A program made the position numbers and the translations under genes. 64,000 bases of DNA from Acidobacteriota bacterium (GTDB taxonomy: Bacteria > Acidobacteriota > UBA6911 > RPQK01 > JAJDTT01), in assembly GCA_965263035.1 (NCBI GenBank), contig OZ253580.1, positions 1,344,001-1,408,000 on the forward strand, given 5' to 3'. A model generated the notes under the pieces. The model had not been told where the DNA came from, searched no databases, and was given only the letters and a program-made list of their open reading frames with translations. Positions 1-9,250 of this stretch are shown here, one piece after another (within the stretch, counting starts at the first letter, position 1; every line of letters starts with the position of its first letter).

Positions 1-2
1 GA

Positions 3-1115
3 CCCGGTGTCGAGATCGAGTTCGTCGACCCCACCAATACGGGAGAGTATCGGATCGCGCTGCGGCCGACCGAGAAGGATGCCCTCTTTGTGGCCGGCGG
101 AGGAATGACGGACGGGGAGTTCCGCGGCCAGGTGGATCGGGCAGGGCGCGTGCGCTCCGCCCTCTTGATGAGGAACCTGGGTCTGGAGGGCGAACCCTAC
201 TACATGACGGGGGCTCAACCGCTGCAGCGAGTGCGCAACTATTTCTACACGAAGCGCCCTCCCAAGCTCCAGTTTGGAGAACTGCAGAATCTGGTGGACA
301 CCCAGCTCTACTACGATTCCATTCCGGTCCAGATCGGAGTCAATCAATTCCGGGTCGGACCGGACCAGGTGCTGGCTCCCGTCACCCTCAGGGTTGGGCG
401 GGAGCAGCTGACCTATCGGAAAACCGAAGGAAGCCGGCGGGCCGTCCTGAACATCTATGGCAGGGTGACCGACCTGGGAAATCGGATCGTGTACGAGTTC
501 GAGGATACCGTTCTGGCGGATCAGTCCCCGGACCTGCAACCGCAGGAATTCGGGGGCGTGGCTACCTACCAGAGGAGTGTTCCCCTGCGATCCGGCCGGT
601 ACAAACTGACTCTGATCCTGAAGGACGGGAACAGTGGGAAGGTCTCGGTCACCACGACTCCGATCCGCGTCGCCCCCTTCGAGTCCGGGACCCTGACAAC
701 CAGCAGCATCATCCTTGCGGACAAGGTCCTGTCTTCAGATCCCGGAACCCTCCTGAGCGAGCCCTTCGTGGTTCCCGCCGGTTTCAAGATCTTCCCCAAC
801 GTGACTCAGGAGTTCACGAATCGGGACCGCTGTTTCTTCTACGTGGAGGCCTATGAGGTGGCCATCGATCAGTCGACTCTTCAACCCTTGCTGGGAGCCG
901 AAATCTATCTGGTCCACGACGGCCGTATCGTGCAGCAGGAACAGCCCAAAGCCGTGACCCTGGGCGATCGGGTTGCCCTTTTCCAGGACGTGGATCTGAG
1001 CCGGCTCCTCGCAGGAAAGCATCGCATCGAGTTGCACGTGGACGACCGCATCAGTGGTCAGCGAGTCATCCGCCGCGCAGAGATTACGATTCTGGAGGAG
1101 TCCCGCGGTTCCTGA
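3..1115 (+). CDS. GWxTD domain-containing protein, C-terminal part (5' end outside window)
   Basis: Frame is open from the window edge: PGVEIEFVDPTNTGEYRIALRPTEKDALF, which resembles the IEFVD...G.Y......EKDAL segment of acidobacterial GWxTD proteins. It is followed by Ig-like C-terminal domains (GRYKLTLILKD, SSIILAD, FYVEAYE). Confidence 0.75.
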   Translation, partial: PGVEIEFVDPTNTGEYRIALRPTEKDALFVAGGGMTDGEFRGQVDRAGRVRSALLMRNLGLEGEPYYMTGAQPLQRVRNYFYTKRPPKLQFGELQNLVDTQLYYDSIPVQIGVNQFRVGPDQVLAPVTLRVGREQLTYRKTEGSRRAVLNIYGRVTDLGNRIVYEFEDTVLADQSPDLQPQEFGGVATYQRSVPLRSGRYKLTLILKDGNSGKVSVTTTPIRVAPFESGTLTTSSIILADKVLSSDPGTLLSEPFVVPAGFKIFPNVTQEFTNRDRCFFYVEAYEVAIDQSTLQPLLGAEIYLVHDGRIVQQEQPKAVTLGDRVALFQDVDLSRLLAGKHRIELHVDDRISGQRVIRRAEITILEESRGS

Positions 1116-1144
1116 CCGGACCGAAACGGGCGAGTATGCACTAG

Positions 1145-1384
1145 CCCGCATTTCTCACCAGGGGGTGCGATGATCGCGCAGGATTTTCGCCCTCAGCGCG
1201 TGCTCGCGACCGAGAGCGTAGTGGTGACTACGTTTGAGAGAGCATGTGCGCGCTGAGGGCGAAAAGACCAGCGAGGGCGCGCCCAGCGCAGTCTGTCCCC
1301 GAGAGACCTTGGCAATAGCCGGGTAAATGCTGAAAAACAAATTCTTTTTAATCATAAGCATAGCGGCCTGGTGAGGAATGCGGG
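1145..1384. mobile_element. 240-bp MITE with IS1380-like terminal inverted repeats and an internal long hairpin
   Basis: Left end CCCGCATTTCTCACCAGG and right end CCTGGTGAGGAATGCGGG are inverted repeats with 1 mismatch, flanked by CTAG and CTGG. Internal stem TTTTCGCCCTCAGCGCG...CGCGCTGAGGGCGAAAA. No transposase. The family assignment rests on recalled similarity of the ends only. Confidence 0.65.
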
Positions 1385-1438
1385 CTGGAGACGCCATTCC
1401 CGGGCGATCATCCCATTCCCCGGGTGAGAAACGCCGGA

Positions 1439-2990
1439 TCAGAAGTTTTTCCGGGCGGTGGCCGGATCTCCCGGAACGAACTGGAAAGCGAACAGCTTCG
1501 CGTTCTTGAAGTGGAATCGGAGCTTGACCGGCTTTCCGGCCAGTCCCGCCACGTCGGAACTTCCCCTCCAGGTGACGGGCTGTCTCGTGCCGGTCTCACT
1601 GAGAGGTTCACAGTCGTCGAAACCGTAACCGGAGATCGGCTTGTAGTCGGTCCCCAGGATCTCGACCCGGACCTCCGCGGGATGAGCTCCCCAACGCTGG
1701 AAGGCCGCCCGCAGGTTGAGCCGCAGTTCGCTGCCGGAAAACGTGAAGGTCCGGGTAACGGCCTGGCTGAAGGTCAGTTTGGAGCCGTCCAAAGAAACGA
1801 AGCCATCCAACGGCAGAACCGCCAATCCGATGGCTCCGTACGCCCGCTCTTCCCCCAGCCTCTCCAACTGCTCCGGGGATCTCCAGTTCACCCCGCCGTA
1901 GTAGAAGAAGATCTTCTCCCCGTGGACGGCCGGCCTGAGGCCGTAGATCGCCACAGAATCGAAGCTGTCCCCGGCTCCGGCCGGTATGAACGGGCTGCGG
2001 TAGCGGCGGTTATAGTGGATCCCGTCCCGGCTGAAGACGAACTGGGGCAGAATCGTGGTGTTCGTGGTCCTGAAGTTCCAGAGCATTCCGATGGTGAATC
2101 CCTCGTAGGCAGTGGCGTGGAGCGAGTAGAACTCGGTGTCGGGATAATCCTGGCCGTCCGGAAGGATGACCGGAACCGCTTCGCTCCAGCGGATCATGTC
2201 GGGGCTCTCAGCGCGCCCGATGATGCCGTTTGCCCAGGGGGCATCTCTGATGGCCACAGATCTCCATGTGGGCGACGTGGACTCGATGCACGGGATCCCA
2301 CCCCATCACCGATGTCGGTCCCCAGCGGCCGCTGCGCTCTCCCCAGTCGATGACGGGATTGTCGGGATGGGGCGACCAGTTGAAGGCGTCGCCGGAATAG
2401 TAGAGATGGAACTGCATCCCGGTCCTTCCCGTCTCGCTGGACAGCTTCCCCCCCACGGTCTGGACCATGGCCTTGTAGCGTTTCGAGGGGTCCGGCTCCC
2501 GGGCGTCGAAGACGATGCCACCCTTGAACCCGAGCCAGTTGTCTTCACCGACGATGTTGTTGTCCCGGGAGCCATCGAACTCCACCAGCCCCAGTGAAGG
2601 TTTCTCCCAACGGTAGCCGTCGGAGGAAGTGGCGTAGCAGAATCGACGGCCCTTACTTTCAGGTTCGCCGCCGGGGACCGGAGTCCAATTGCTGGTCGAG
2701 TACCACATCCGGAATTTCCGTTGATCCGGATCGTAGAAGACCGTCCCGTAGTGAATGTAGTTGCCTTCCCAGGGACGGTCCCGGGGGATGACGGGATTGT
2801 CGACCACCTTCCGCGGATGATTCAGGACCAGCACCGTGTCCTTCAGGGACTCCAGCAGGGACTCGTCCAGGAACAGCTGTTTGCTGTTCCCAATGGGGAT
2901 GATGCTGCCATTGCGAGGGGCAGCGGCCGTCTGAACCTGAATCAGCGCCAGACCCGACACCAGCATCGTCAGGACTCTTCTTTCTAGCAT
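1439..2990 (-). pseudogene. Secreted glycoside-hydrolase-like beta-propeller protein, frameshifted near 2226
   Basis: ORF 2208-2990 (signal peptide, IGNSKQLFLDE, PWE, CYATSSDGYRWEKPSLG) and ORF 1439-2257 (LDGFVS, GKPVKLRFHFKNAKLFAFQF) together make one paralog of 3015-4661. They join with one extra base at ...CPLGKR/IIGRAES. Confidence 0.8.
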
Positions 2991-3014
2991 CCAAAACCCC
3001 CTATGTGGCCCCGA

Positions 3015-4661
3015 TCAAGACTCGGGCCGGGCAAACCGAATCGAGAAGAGGTCCGCATCCTTCATCACGAAACGGAGCCGAACCGGACGGCCTTCCAGGC
3101 GGCTCAAGTCGGAGCCTTCCACCCAGCGGACGACCTGCTCGATCTTGTCTCCAATGACCTCAGGACAATCGGCCAGCCGGAATCCCGGGATCGGATCGCC
3201 TCCGGCGTCCTGGATTTCCACGCGCAAGCTGCCGGCCGCCGAGGTCGAGAAGTTCAGGACCAGTTCCTTCCCCCGGAATCTCAAGGGACGGGTCACCATC
3301 TCGCCGCCATCGTAATCCGCGTGCAGGGAGGCAAATCCGTCGCTACGCAGAATATAGCGCCGCACATGATCCGAAGGTAACTCGTAATGACGCGTCACGT
3401 AGAAAGAAATCTCATCCTCGGCGGTGGGGACGATCCCGATTCCGGGAAAGTTGGTCCGAGTGCCCCAGTTCTCGAGTCCCGGACCCGGCCGCAGGAAGGC
3501 CTCAGGGAAGGTCCGGTCATACCTGTCCCCGCCGCGGCTGGTCAGGAGGATGGCGTCCGAGCAGTTCTTCCAGGTCCACCAGGGCATCCCTTCCGGCTGG
3601 ATGGACTGGCCCTCCGCGTCGCTCAAGGCTTGCTGGCCGGGCAGGAAGCGTGCGGCCAGACCGATGTAGAGATGGGGCGCTCGAAAGTAGGGTTGGGTCG
3701 CGCTGGTATAGAGCTGCTCGTCCACGGTGGGGGGATACTGGCTGAATTTCATCGTCTGCCAGTCACTCCAGTGGACCAGATCCGTAGAGACGGCCCGCTG
3801 GACGGTCCGGATCACCCCGGTTCTCTTCCAGGTCCGGCCACCGTCCGCGGAGTAGCGGAAAGCGTCGTCGCCAGCCCGATCCCGGTTGCGAATGGAGAAC
3901 TCCCCCTCTCTGGTGAGCAATGACCGGAACGAGCCGGGATCGTCACCCAAATGCCGAATCTTCAGTCCCAGTTCGACGTTGGAACGTCCGAACGCCACAT
4001 AACATTCTTCCGTTTCACTCCAGAAAAGAGTCGCGCCTTCGATTGAAGGCCGGTCATGGAGCTTCCTCCAATGGATGCCGTCACCCGAGACCAGGATTCG
4101 GGAGCCGACCTCGGGTGTCGATCTCGGCGGCGCCTTCACCGCCTTGAAACGCTCTGAGGGAGGCACTCCGGGACGGGCGTCCAAGAAGGGAGTGAATCCA
4201 CTGGAATCGAACAGGGCATTGTTGTTCCGCGTCCCCATGATCTCCACTTGGCCCAGATTCGGCTTGGACCATTGGATCCCGTCGGAGCTCGCCGCGTAAC
4301 AGGTGGACTCGATCAGTGTCTTCGTCCGGGCATCCCAGACCGCGCCCCGGTAGTACATGTGGTAGCTCTCCCCGTCCATGACGACGTTGGGAAAGGCGGA
4401 GCCCAAACCTTCCCAGGGCCGGTCGAACTCGATGGCCACCTCCGCCGGCCGGGGATGATGCAATTGGAGACGGACCTCTTGCATCCGCTGGATCAGGTGC
4501 TGATCCACGAACAGCTCCAGTCGAGAGCCGATGTCCAGAACCGGCTCGCTTCCTGCCGCCGCGAAACCATTCCCCAAGAGAAGAATCACACTCACGCCCG
4601 ATACGAGCGCGCGACCAAGTTTCCGGTTGAAGCACTGTCTTGCGGGCGGATCCTTTCTCAT
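3015..4661 (-). CDS. Secreted glycoside-hydrolase-like beta-propeller protein (GH32/43/130-like fold; substrate unknown)
   Basis: Signal peptide and family motifs IGSRLELFVD, PWE, CYAASSDGIQWSKPNLG, LRSDGFAS, GRPVRLRFVMKDADLFSIRF, shared with four other genes in the window. Confidence 0.75.
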   Translation of the reverse strand: MRKDPPARQCFNRKLGRALVSGVSVILLLGNGFAAAGSEPVLDIGSRLELFVDQHLIQRMQEVRLQLHHPRPAEVAIEFDRPWEGLGSAFPNVVMDGESYHMYYRGAVWDARTKTLIESTCYAASSDGIQWSKPNLGQVEIMGTRNNNALFDSSGFTPFLDARPGVPPSERFKAVKAPPRSTPEVGSRILVSGDGIHWRKLHDRPSIEGATLFWSETEECYVAFGRSNVELGLKIRHLGDDPGSFRSLLTREGEFSIRNRDRAGDDAFRYSADGGRTWKRTGVIRTVQRAVSTDLVHWSDWQTMKFSQYPPTVDEQLYTSATQPYFRAPHLYIGLAARFLPGQQALSDAEGQSIQPEGMPWWTWKNCSDAILLTSRGGDRYDRTFPEAFLRPGPGLENWGTRTNFPGIGIVPTAEDEISFYVTRHYELPSDHVRRYILRSDGFASLHADYDGGEMVTRPLRFRGKELVLNFSTSAAGSLRVEIQDAGGDPIPGFRLADCPEVIGDKIEQVVRWVEGSDLSRLEGRPVRLRFVMKDADLFSIRFARPES

Positions 4662-4898
4662 AGCGACCTCCTTGGCAGTCCCTGCAAAAAGCCGATATCA
4701 CGCGTTAATGGAAACGCAGGTTGGCATGAAACGGTGTCTGATTGTGGACTCCCTGTTGTTCGCCGGTCAATCATGCGAAATTATTTGCAATAAATCTTCC
4801 TGAACGCAGAGCAAGAAGGGGACAGTGGCCCAGCACGGCCCCTCGACTCCATTGCCCCCACCGATGCGCAACGAGAATTGACTGTTAAGGAGGCCCAA

Positions 4899-5792
4899 GT
4901 GAGAGTCATCGTTATCGTTTCCCTGGCCGTGGTGGTCTTGGCGCCTCTTCCCGGGCCGACCTATAAGGAGGTGGAGAGACCCGGTCGGGCCAAGGTTTTG
5001 GAGTCCCCGTCCGGGGTCCGCTTCGCTCTGCTGGGGGAGGCGGGTGAGCGGCCCGCTCCGACGATTCTTGTCTTTGGCGGGGGGATGCGGGCGGGCCTGG
5101 AGGAAAGGTCCGGCACAATGTGTTGGATCCTGGCTCGGCACGGCTTCCTTGCGGTCGCTCTGGACAGTCCCTGCCACGGAGAGGATCAGAGGTCCGGCGA
5201 ACCGTTCGGCCTCGCAGGGTGGCGTGACCGTCTGGAGAAGGGTGAGGAATTCCTCGCCGACTTCCTGAAAAGAACCTCATCCGTGTTGAACTACCTGATC
5301 CGGCAACGAGTCACGGATCCAGAATGGATTGTTGCCTACGGCTCCTCCCGGGGCGGTTTCCTGGCCCTGCATTTCGCCGCGGTCGAGCCTCGAATCGGCT
5401 CCGTAGTCGCTTTCGCTCCGGTCACGGATCTGCTGGCTTTGCGGGAATTCCAAGGAATGAGGGACAAAGCTGCGGCCCGTTCTCTGGACGTCATGGAGTT
5501 GGCGCCGAAGCTGGCTGGGCGCCGCCTCTTCATCCAGATGGGACACAATGATCTGCGGGTGGGCGGCCGCCACGCCATCAACTTCGCCTTGAGGCTCATG
5601 AAGCTGTCCCCCTACCATATGAAGCCCCTGCAGGGCATCTGGTCAGGGGACGCAATGAAGCTGGTGATCACCCCCTCGGAGAGTCCGAACGGCCACACCA
5701 CCTATGACAGAGCCCACCACGATGCCGCGGACTGGATCCTTCGCACAGGAGCGAAACTCGGGCCAGAGGAGGAGTCGTGCGAATCAGAGTGA
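4899..5792 (+). CDS. Alpha/beta hydrolase (dienelactone hydrolase / prolyl oligopeptidase-like), exported
   Basis: AAGGAGG RBS before GTG at 4899, hydrophobic N-terminus, nucleophile elbow GSSRGG, D and H candidates (HND, NGH). Confidence 0.75.
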   Translation: MRVIVIVSLAVVVLAPLPGPTYKEVERPGRAKVLESPSGVRFALLGEAGERPAPTILVFGGGMRAGLEERSGTMCWILARHGFLAVALDSPCHGEDQRSGEPFGLAGWRDRLEKGEEFLADFLKRTSSVLNYLIRQRVTDPEWIVAYGSSRGGFLALHFAAVEPRIGSVVAFAPVTDLLALREFQGMRDKAAARSLDVMELAPKLAGRRLFIQMGHNDLRVGGRHAINFALRLMKLSPYHMKPLQGIWSGDAMKLVITPSESPNGHTTYDRAHHDAADWILRTGAKLGPEEESCESE

Positions 5793-6547
5793 TCAATCCC
5801 TTCGGGGGAACCGAGTTCAGGGGACGGGAGAATCTGGCGCGGATCAAGCGAAGCGACACCGAGTTCGACGTGGTCAACATCGCCGACGCCTATCCGCTGA
5901 AGAACAACCAGTTCCTGTACTTCCGGCACAAGTGCACCGATGCCACGCTGGAACAGGTGACACAGGCCGAGAAGGACGGATGCGACGCCGCCTTCATTTC
6001 CTGCAACCTGGACATCGGACTCTACGAAGCCCGTTCTCTGGTGGACATCCCGGTTACGGCCACGCTGGAGTCGGCGGCACTGATGGCCTACGCCATGTGT
6101 GAACGTTTCTCCCTGATCTCCGTGGACGACCAGAACGGACGCATCCAACGCATGATCCTGAGGCAGTACGGCCTGGACGGCAAAGTGGCGTCACACCGAT
6201 CCATCGGCATCGACGCCAATGACCTCTACCCGGAGAAGACTCCGGAAGACGAGGTCTACCGGTGCGCGGTCGAGGTGGCCCGGCAGTGTGTCCAGGAGGA
6301 CGGCGCGGAGCTGCTGATCTCGGGATGCACCCTCATGGGTTCCGTTCTGACCCACCGCGGCGCCCAGGCCATCGACGAGATCGGCGCCCCGGTTATCGAC
6401 GGCATGGTCACCGGCTTCAAGATGGCGGAAATGATGGGCGACATCTGCCGGTTGACGGGTCTTCCCCCCGTGAGCCGAACGGGCTTCTTCCAGTTTCCTC
6501 CTGCGGACGACGTGAAACAACTGAGGGATTTCTACGGGCGGAGATGA
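5777..6547 (+). CDS. Asp/Glu/hydantoin racemase family protein
   Basis: MRIRVINP start, two catalytic-type Cys (ISCNLD, SGCT), PVIDG near the C-terminus. Confidence 0.85.
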   Translation: MRIRVINPFGGTEFRGRENLARIKRSDTEFDVVNIADAYPLKNNQFLYFRHKCTDATLEQVTQAEKDGCDAAFISCNLDIGLYEARSLVDIPVTATLESAALMAYAMCERFSLISVDDQNGRIQRMILRQYGLDGKVASHRSIGIDANDLYPEKTPEDEVYRCAVEVARQCVQEDGAELLISGCTLMGSVLTHRGAQAIDEIGAPVIDGMVTGFKMAEMMGDICRLTGLPPVSRTGFFQFPPADDVKQLRDFYGRR

Positions 6548-6701
6548 AGGGTCAGGCCACACCTTGGGGCGTGTGGGAGATCGTTCCGGCAACCGAGACC
6601 CGGCTGTCGCGGCGCCGCCAAGGCGAAAAGCCCGCGCGATCTCCGCGTCCTTCGCAGAGCACTACCGGCCGATCGCCCGTCGTTGGAGAGGATTGCCCGC
6701 T

Positions 6702-8147
6702 ATGAGCCGACCTGGACCACGGACCGTGCTATGGCTGATTCTTTCGATAACCTTGGGGGGACTCTCTTCGGCCTGCGCCCGACGAATTGAGAGGCCGAAC
6801 ATCGTGCTGATCCTGGCCGACGATCTGGCCTGGAACCAGTTGGCTTGCTACGGAAGCAGCTTCTACGAGACTCCCCATCTGGACGATCTGGCGCGCCAGG
6901 GGATGCGTTTCACCGACGCCTACGCCGCCAGTCCGATCTGTTCCCCGACCCGAGCCAGCATCATGACGGGCAAGTACCCGGCACGACTCCGCGTCACCCA
7001 GTTTATCTCGCCTGGAGACTACGCCGGGGATGCCATCAAACTGCTGGAGCCGGACTGGACCCGCCGTCTGCCCCTGGAGGAGGAGACGATCGCCGAGGCC
7101 CTGAAGGATATGGGCTACGTCACGGCCGCATTCGGCAAGTGGCATCTCAGCCAAGCCAAGACCCCTCCCGGGAGCCTGCCCTTCAATCCGGACAAGCAGG
7201 GTTTCGACGAGGACTTCGTGACCTACAAGCCGGTCCCCCGCATGGCCAGGGAGTGGCAGACGCCGGAGAACGACGCCCACAACGTCCGCATCATCACCGA
7301 GAAGTCCCTGGAGTTCATGGAGAAGAACCGGGAGAGGCCCTTCTTCCTCTTCGTTTCGCACAACAGCGTTCACACCCCCTTGGTGGAGAAGGAGGCGCTG
7401 ATCTCCAAGTACCGGCGGAAGCCGGATGTCGACGCCCCCACCAACCACCCGGCCATCGGAGCCATGATCGAGACCCTGGACCTCAGCGTCGGCCGGCTGC
7501 TGGCCAAACTGGACGAGATGGACATATCGGAGAGGACCCTGGTGCTCTTCATCTCGGACAATGGAGGCTTGGAATGGAGCGGGGACGACGGTCCGGTCCC
7601 GGCCAACCATCCGCTTCGCGCCGGCAAGGGGGACCTCTACGAAGGAGGGATCCGAGTACCCTTGATCGCCCGCTGGCCGACCGTGATCACCCCCGGCAGC
7701 GTAGTCGAGGAGCCCGTCAGCAGCGTCGATCTCTTCCCTACCCTGGTGCAAGTCGCAGGAGGAGTCGAGAAGCGCGACAAAATAGACGGCGTGAGCCTGC
7801 TGCCGCTCCTGCGTGGGGCCGCCTTACCGGACCGGGACGCCCTCTTCTGGCACTACCCCCACTACCACGGCTCCGGCGCCCTGCCCTCGAGCGCCATTCG
7901 GAAGGGGCGTTACAAGCTGCTGGAGTGGCACGAGGAGAGGATCTACGGGCTGGAGAATCGGTACCAGCTCTACGACCTGACACACGACCTGGGAGAATCT
8001 ACCGATCTGGCATCCAGCCGGCCCGAAAAGACCCGGGAGCTGGCCACAGATCTGGAGAACTGGAGAAATTCCGTGGGAGCCCAGATGCCGGAGCGTAATC
8101 CGGGCTATCGATCCGCCGGAGGTCCCGACGCGCCTCGAAAGGATTGA
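6702..8147 (+). CDS. Sulfatase (arylsulfatase A family), probable lipoprotein
   Basis: PNIVLILADDL, CSPTRAS (CxPxR), GKWHL, SDNGG, GKGDLYEGGIRVP; signal peptide ending LSSAC. Confidence 0.93.
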   Translation: MSRPGPRTVLWLILSITLGGLSSACARRIERPNIVLILADDLAWNQLACYGSSFYETPHLDDLARQGMRFTDAYAASPICSPTRASIMTGKYPARLRVTQFISPGDYAGDAIKLLEPDWTRRLPLEEETIAEALKDMGYVTAAFGKWHLSQAKTPPGSLPFNPDKQGFDEDFVTYKPVPRMAREWQTPENDAHNVRIITEKSLEFMEKNRERPFFLFVSHNSVHTPLVEKEALISKYRRKPDVDAPTNHPAIGAMIETLDLSVGRLLAKLDEMDISERTLVLFISDNGGLEWSGDDGPVPANHPLRAGKGDLYEGGIRVPLIARWPTVITPGSVVEEPVSSVDLFPTLVQVAGGVEKRDKIDGVSLLPLLRGAALPDRDALFWHYPHYHGSGALPSSAIRKGRYKLLEWHEERIYGLENRYQLYDLTHDLGESTDLASSRPEKTRELATDLENWRNSVGAQMPERNPGYRSAGGPDAPRKD

Positions 8148-8223
8148 TCCGGTTCGACAGAGCAGCCGGGACCGGGTTGGCACAATGCGCCGGAACTCAG
8201 CCCGTTTCGCTCAACTGACTCAC

Positions 8224-8961
8224 TCATGGCGCCGTCGCCCGCGCTGTGCCGCCGTCCAACTCGCGAACGTAGATGTTGCGAAACCAGAGCCGGTTGCCAT
8301 GGCTCTGCAGCTCGATCTGGCCGCGAGGGTCGATCCGCCGGGACCGGTCCCAGTAGTTCTCCATCACCACCTGGTCGGTGACCAACTTGCCGTTGAGCTT
8401 CACCGTGACCCGGTCGCCGACCATCTTGATGTAGAAGGTGTTCCACTGACCCACAGGCAGATCCGCCTTCACCAAGGGAAAACGGGGATGGACCTTGTTG
8501 TTCCACAGCGCTCCCGAGCCCTTGTCGTTACCGTACCTGCGGTACTTCTCGGACTCCGTATCCCAGATCTGCAACTGGGGGCTGCCGCGCAGATAGATGC
8601 CGCTGTCGCCGTCTTCCAGGATCTTCCAGTCGACATACAGTTCGAAGTCACCGTAGTCCCTGGCGGTGCACAGGCTGTCTCCCTTGCCGTCGAACTCCAG
8701 AACACCGTCGACCACTTTCCAGTGGGCTCGCATGCGCTCGTCGGCCTTCTTCTGAGCCTCCACCAGTTCCGCCGACAACATCCCAGCACGTCTTACGGGG
8801 TTTTCCACCAATCCCTTCCAACCGGCCAGGGTCTTGCCGTCGAAGAGTGCGGTAAAGCCTTCGGGCGGCTGCGGGCCGGATGCTGCCGAAAGCGGAGCCA
8901 GCATCGTGAGCAGGCAGGCGGCGAAACCGGGGATCCAGATGTTGCAGCGGTGGTCTCGCAT
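8224..8961 (-). CDS. DUF1080 / 3-keto-disaccharide hydrolase family protein
   Basis: GFTALFDGKTLAGW, DYGDFELYVDWK, DSGIYLRG, GQWN, GQIELQSHG, FRNIYVREL; signal peptide. Confidence 0.9.
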   Translation of the reverse strand: MRDHRCNIWIPGFAACLLTMLAPLSAASGPQPPEGFTALFDGKTLAGWKGLVENPVRRAGMLSAELVEAQKKADERMRAHWKVVDGVLEFDGKGDSLCTARDYGDFELYVDWKILEDGDSGIYLRGSPQLQIWDTESEKYRRYGNDKGSGALWNNKVHPRFPLVKADLPVGQWNTFYIKMVGDRVTVKLNGKLVTDQVVMENYWDRSRRIDPRGQIELQSHGNRLWFRNIYVRELDGGTARATAP

Positions 8962-9112
8962 CGGGTTCAACTCCTGCAGGATGGGTGCCACACGAAGCGA
9001 CACATTCGTCTGGTGGCCGAAGTATAGCATCCGTCCTCCCGGCGATCATGCTCCGGGAGCCTCACTGGAGCCGGCAAGGCGCGGTGGAGGGATTGAAACG
9101 ATCCGGCCCATG

Positions 9113-9217
9113 GGAAGAAACAGACTGCCAAGAAATAGACTGTCCCTTTTTTCGAAGGACGGAAGGAAGGACGGAAGGACGGACGCGGCGCGAAGGACGG
9201 ACGCGACGCGCACGCGC
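9113..9217 (+). repeat. GAAGAAA(T/C)AGACTGTCCC motif locus 1 (two tandem copies) followed by GAAGGACG micro-stutter
   Basis: GGAAGAAACAGACTGCC then AAGAAATAGACTGTCCCTTTTTT, then cgaaggacggaaggaaggacggaaggacggacgcggcgcgaaggacggacgcg. Confidence 0.8.
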
Positions 9218-9240
9218 ATCTCGTTCCAGAACAAGCGCAT
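9199..9240 (-). pseudogene. N-terminal stub of an MmeI-like type IIL restriction-modification gene
   Basis: MRLFWNEMRVRVAS resembles the MmeI-family start (MALSWNEIRRKA / MRLSWNEIRARA). It breaks into micro-repeats after about 14 codons. Confidence 0.5.
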
Positions 9241-9250
9241 CGGGCTAGCC

